From NCBI GenBank assembly GCA_963840225.1, contig CAWIYH010000007.1, positions 38,608 through 102,607 on the forward strand: a stretch of 64,000 bases of DNA, written 5' to 3'. Source of the stretch: an uncultured Acidobacteriota bacterium. Lineage in GTDB: Bacteria > Acidobacteriota > Vicinamibacteria > Vicinamibacterales > CAVVIG01. The stretch's first letter is position 1. The number at the start of each line of letters is the position of its first letter. Below are positions 61,539-64,000 of this stretch, piece by piece. A program made the translations under genes and the position numbers. The notes under the pieces are model-generated. The model was given only the letters and a program-made list of their open reading frames with translations. It was not told the DNA's origin and did no database searches.

Positions 61539-62633
61539 ATGACCGTCATCGCCGCCGTCATGCCCGCCCCGGAAGCCAGGGTCGAGCTGCGGGAGTTCTC
61601 CGAGCCCGTCCTGGAACCAGGCTCGGCCCTCCTGCGCACCCTCTATTCAGAGGTCTGCGGCACCGACGTCCACCTCTGGCACGGCCGGCTCGCAGGCGTT
61701 CCCTATCCCATCATTCCCGGCCACGTCTCGGTCGGCCTCGTCGACCGGCTGAGAGGCGCCATGCGGACCGTCGACGGCTCGCCGGTTCGGGAAGGCGATT
61801 GCCTGGTCTTCTTCGACGTCCACCGGACTTGCGGCCGTTGCCGGGCGTGCACGGTCACCCGGACGCCCACACGATGCGACGCGCGGCGCGTCTACGGCAT
61901 CACCGACTCGGCGACCGAAGGGCTCTTCGGCGGGTGGGCTGAGGCGATCTATCTCGAGCCCGGGGTTTCGGTGGCGAAGCTGCCCGACGGCGTGCCGCCG
62001 GAGACCTACATCGGCGGCGGTTGCGGGCTGATTACCGCCGTCCATGCCATCGAGCGGGCTGAGGTGGCGCTCGGCGACACGGTGCTCGTCCAGGGCACCG
62101 GGGCGGTCGGTCTGAGCGTCGTCGCCCTGGCGCGGCTCGCCGGCGCCACCCGCGTGATCGCGCTCGGGGCGCCGGCCGACAGGCTCGACCTGGCCCGCCG
62201 CATGGGGGCGGACGCGGCCCTCGACATCCAGGCGACGACGCCCGAGACGCGCCTGGCCCGCGTGCGCGACCTGACCGACGGCATGGGCGCCGATGTCGCG
62301 ATCGAAGCGGCCGGGTCGGCGCGCGCCTTCGAGGAAGCACCCGATCTGCTGCGCGACGGCGGGCGGTACGTCGTCGCGGGCCACTACACCGACGCCGGAC
62401 CGAGCACGATCAACGTCCACCGTCAGATCAACCGCAAGCACCTGGAGATCCGCGGCTGCTGGGGAAGCGAGGTCGCGCACTTCGTGCGCGCGCTCCGCGT
62501 GCTCGATCGCTGGCACACGACGATCCCCTGGCGCGCCATCGGAGCGCGCACCTATCGGCTGGCCGACGTCAACCAGGCGCTCGCCGACGCCGAGGCGATG
62601 CGGCTGCCCAAGGCACTGGTCCGACCCGAGTAG
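61539..62633 (+). CDS. Zinc-binding (MDR) alcohol dehydrogenase family protein
   Basis: VCGTDVH, PGHV, CGRCRAC..C, G.GAVG, IEAAG. Confidence 0.88.
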   Translation: MTVIAAVMPAPEARVELREFSEPVLEPGSALLRTLYSEVCGTDVHLWHGRLAGVPYPIIPGHVSVGLVDRLRGAMRTVDGSPVREGDCLVFFDVHRTCGRCRACTVTRTPTRCDARRVYGITDSATEGLFGGWAEAIYLEPGVSVAKLPDGVPPETYIGGGCGLITAVHAIERAEVALGDTVLVQGTGAVGLSVVALARLAGATRVIALGAPADRLDLARRMGADAALDIQATTPETRLARVRDLTDGMGADVAIEAAGSARAFEEAPDLLRDGGRYVVAGHYTDAGPSTINVHRQINRKHLEIRGCWGSEVAHFVRALRVLDRWHTTIPWRAIGARTYRLADVNQALADAEAMRLPKALVRPE

Positions 62634-62680
62634 CCACATTTCTTCCTCCCTTAATGTCATTTCTGATACACTCGCGTCCC

Positions 62681-62893
62681 TTGCCGACCAGGACCAGAGT
62701 CTCGAAGGGCAGCAACAGTATGCCGGCCGTGGCCGCGCTCCGTCGGGAGCTTCGCCTCCTGCGCAGCACGATGGCGGAGCAGGGCCGAATCCTGAGTCGC
62801 GCCGTTACCGACCTGGAAGTGCAGTTCAAGCGCATCGCACAGATCCAGGCCGAGGTCGACGAACTTCGAAAAGGGACGCGGCGCGAGCCCTGA
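62681..62893 (+). CDS. Small coiled-coil hypothetical protein
   Basis: TG-a-TACACT 8 nt before in-frame TTG 62681 (alternative ATG 62720); heptad pattern DLEVQFKRIAQIQAEVDELRK. Confidence 0.55.
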   Translation: MPTRTRVSKGSNSMPAVAALRRELRLLRSTMAEQGRILSRAVTDLEVQFKRIAQIQAEVDELRKGTRREP

Positions 62894-63017
62894 CGGGATT
62901 CCGGCATCCTTCCCGCGGCGGCATGGTCTCCACGCACCCGAGAGGTGAAATTCCAGCCAATTGCGCCCGCTGGGCGGGCGGTATCGCTATTGATGCTGAT
63001 CGGTGCCGGAGGTATCT

Positions 63018-63482
63018 ATGCGGCACTTGATGCGGCTGGCTTTTGCAGCCGCGATCGTGCTGGGCGCGTGGCCGCAGGCGGCGGCTGCCCAGCCCCCGAC
63101 CGACGACTATGTCTGGGCAGCGGCCTGCAAGGACTGCCACACGGCCGAATACGCGGCCTGGGACAAGACCAAGCACGCGCGCGCCATCACCCGGCTGTCG
63201 GGGTCGGAAAAGGACGCCGCCGGTCAGTGCATCGGCTGTCATGTCACGGGCGCTCCGAGCCTGTTGGAGAACGACGTCAACGCCAACGTGCAGTGCGAGT
63301 CCTGCCACGGACCGGGGAAGGCGCACGTCGCCGCCGCCGCCGGCGGGGCCGCCAAGCCGGGCTTGATTACGCGAAAGCCGGCCGAGAGCGTCTGCGTGCG
63401 TTGCCACAGCGAGAAGAGCCCGCATTTCAAGTTCTTTTCTTACGCGGCGATGGCCGGGCTCGTCCATCCGGTGACGCCGTAG
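63018..63482 (+). CDS. Periplasmic tetraheme cytochrome c (c554-like)
   Basis: SD GGAGGT, signal peptide, CKDCH, CIGCH, CESCHG, CVRCH. Confidence 0.88.
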   Translation: MRHLMRLAFAAAIVLGAWPQAAAAQPPTDDYVWAAACKDCHTAEYAAWDKTKHARAITRLSGSEKDAAGQCIGCHVTGAPSLLENDVNANVQCESCHGPGKAHVAAAAGGAAKPGLITRKPAESVCVRCHSEKSPHFKFFSYAAMAGLVHPVTP

Positions 63483-63728
63483 ACCGACGGCGGCCCCGCC
63501 GAACCCCACGCCCGAACCGACGAGCGACGACACGGCGCCAACGGTGTCTAACCTCGCCGGCAGCAGAAGTCGGAGGGGTGCGTCAATCTCGGCCGCATGC
63601 TCGAGGCGCGGGAGGACGCCGAGCGCGTGGCCCCCGAGGACGCCGACGTCATGGGCGAGCGCGCGAAGGCGTTGCTCGCGCGACTCCAGACGTGACGGCG
63701 CCGCGCGCCGGTCCGCTATACTGAAGGG

Positions 63729-64000
63729 ATGGCCATCGCCAATTCCCTGAGACGGAACGTTGCGATCATCGCGCACGTCGACCACGGCAAGACGACGCTG
63801 GTCGACGCGCTGCTGCACCAGAGCGGCACGTTCCGGTCGAACGAACGCGTGGTCGAGCGGGTGCTCGACAGCATCGACCTCGAGCGGGAGCGCGGCATCA
63901 CCATCCTCGCGAAGAACACCGCGGTCCACTACCAGCACATCCTTATCAACATCGTCGACACGCCGGGCCACGCCGATTTCGGCGGGGAGGTCGAGCGCAC
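63729..64000 (+). CDS. typA: GTPase TypA/BipA, N-terminal part (runs off window end)
   Basis: [57 protein letters not shown], 6 nt, ATG. Confidence 0.95.
   Translation, partial: MAIANSLRRNVAIIAHVDHGKTTLVDALLHQSGTFRSNERVVERVLDSIDLERERGITILAKNTAVHYQHILINIVDTPGHADFGGEVER

Overview
A very GC-rich, gene-dense stretch of bacterial core chromosome. Gene content (lpxB/lpxD, gatCA, ymdB, M16/M20/M28 peptidases, c554-type cytochrome) and repeat style suggest a diderm Acidobacteriota, probably Vicinamibacteria; this is inference. In order: pheS(partial)-rplT-rpmI-infC-thrS-tRNA-Val-HU; an envC/S41 pair; ruvX-mltG; ymdB-xseAB-ispA-tlyA-panE-nadK; hsp20-dnaK-hsp20; an omega-like gene; a metallopeptidase/ATP-grasp pair behind gatCA; amrBA; nfo; lpxD..M16 pair..lpxB; a matrixin module; an osmoprotectant-type ABC transporter; amtB; acnA; queG-udgX-yqgE; a DPP III-like peptidase; cueR-copA; an RND pump; Rrf2; an MFS transporter; a tetraheme cytochrome; typA(partial). 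I saw no mobile elements or CRISPR arrays. Most notable: (1) a CtpA/Prc-type S41 protease that has lost both catalytic residues (Ser->Gly, Lys->Arg), paired with an EnvC-type pseudo-M23; (2) a pervasive signature of leaderless mRNAs and symmetric bidirectional -10 elements, including a divergent pair whose start codons are only 18 nt apart; (3) an uncharacterised zinc-peptidase plus ATP-grasp ligase pair; (4) an orphan RNAP omega-like gene; (5) an M16B peptidase pair with an extra LolA-like domain embedded between lipid A genes; (6) 7-9-nt repeats that form hairpins and invade coding regions. All family calls come from motif recognition by eye; no searches were run.
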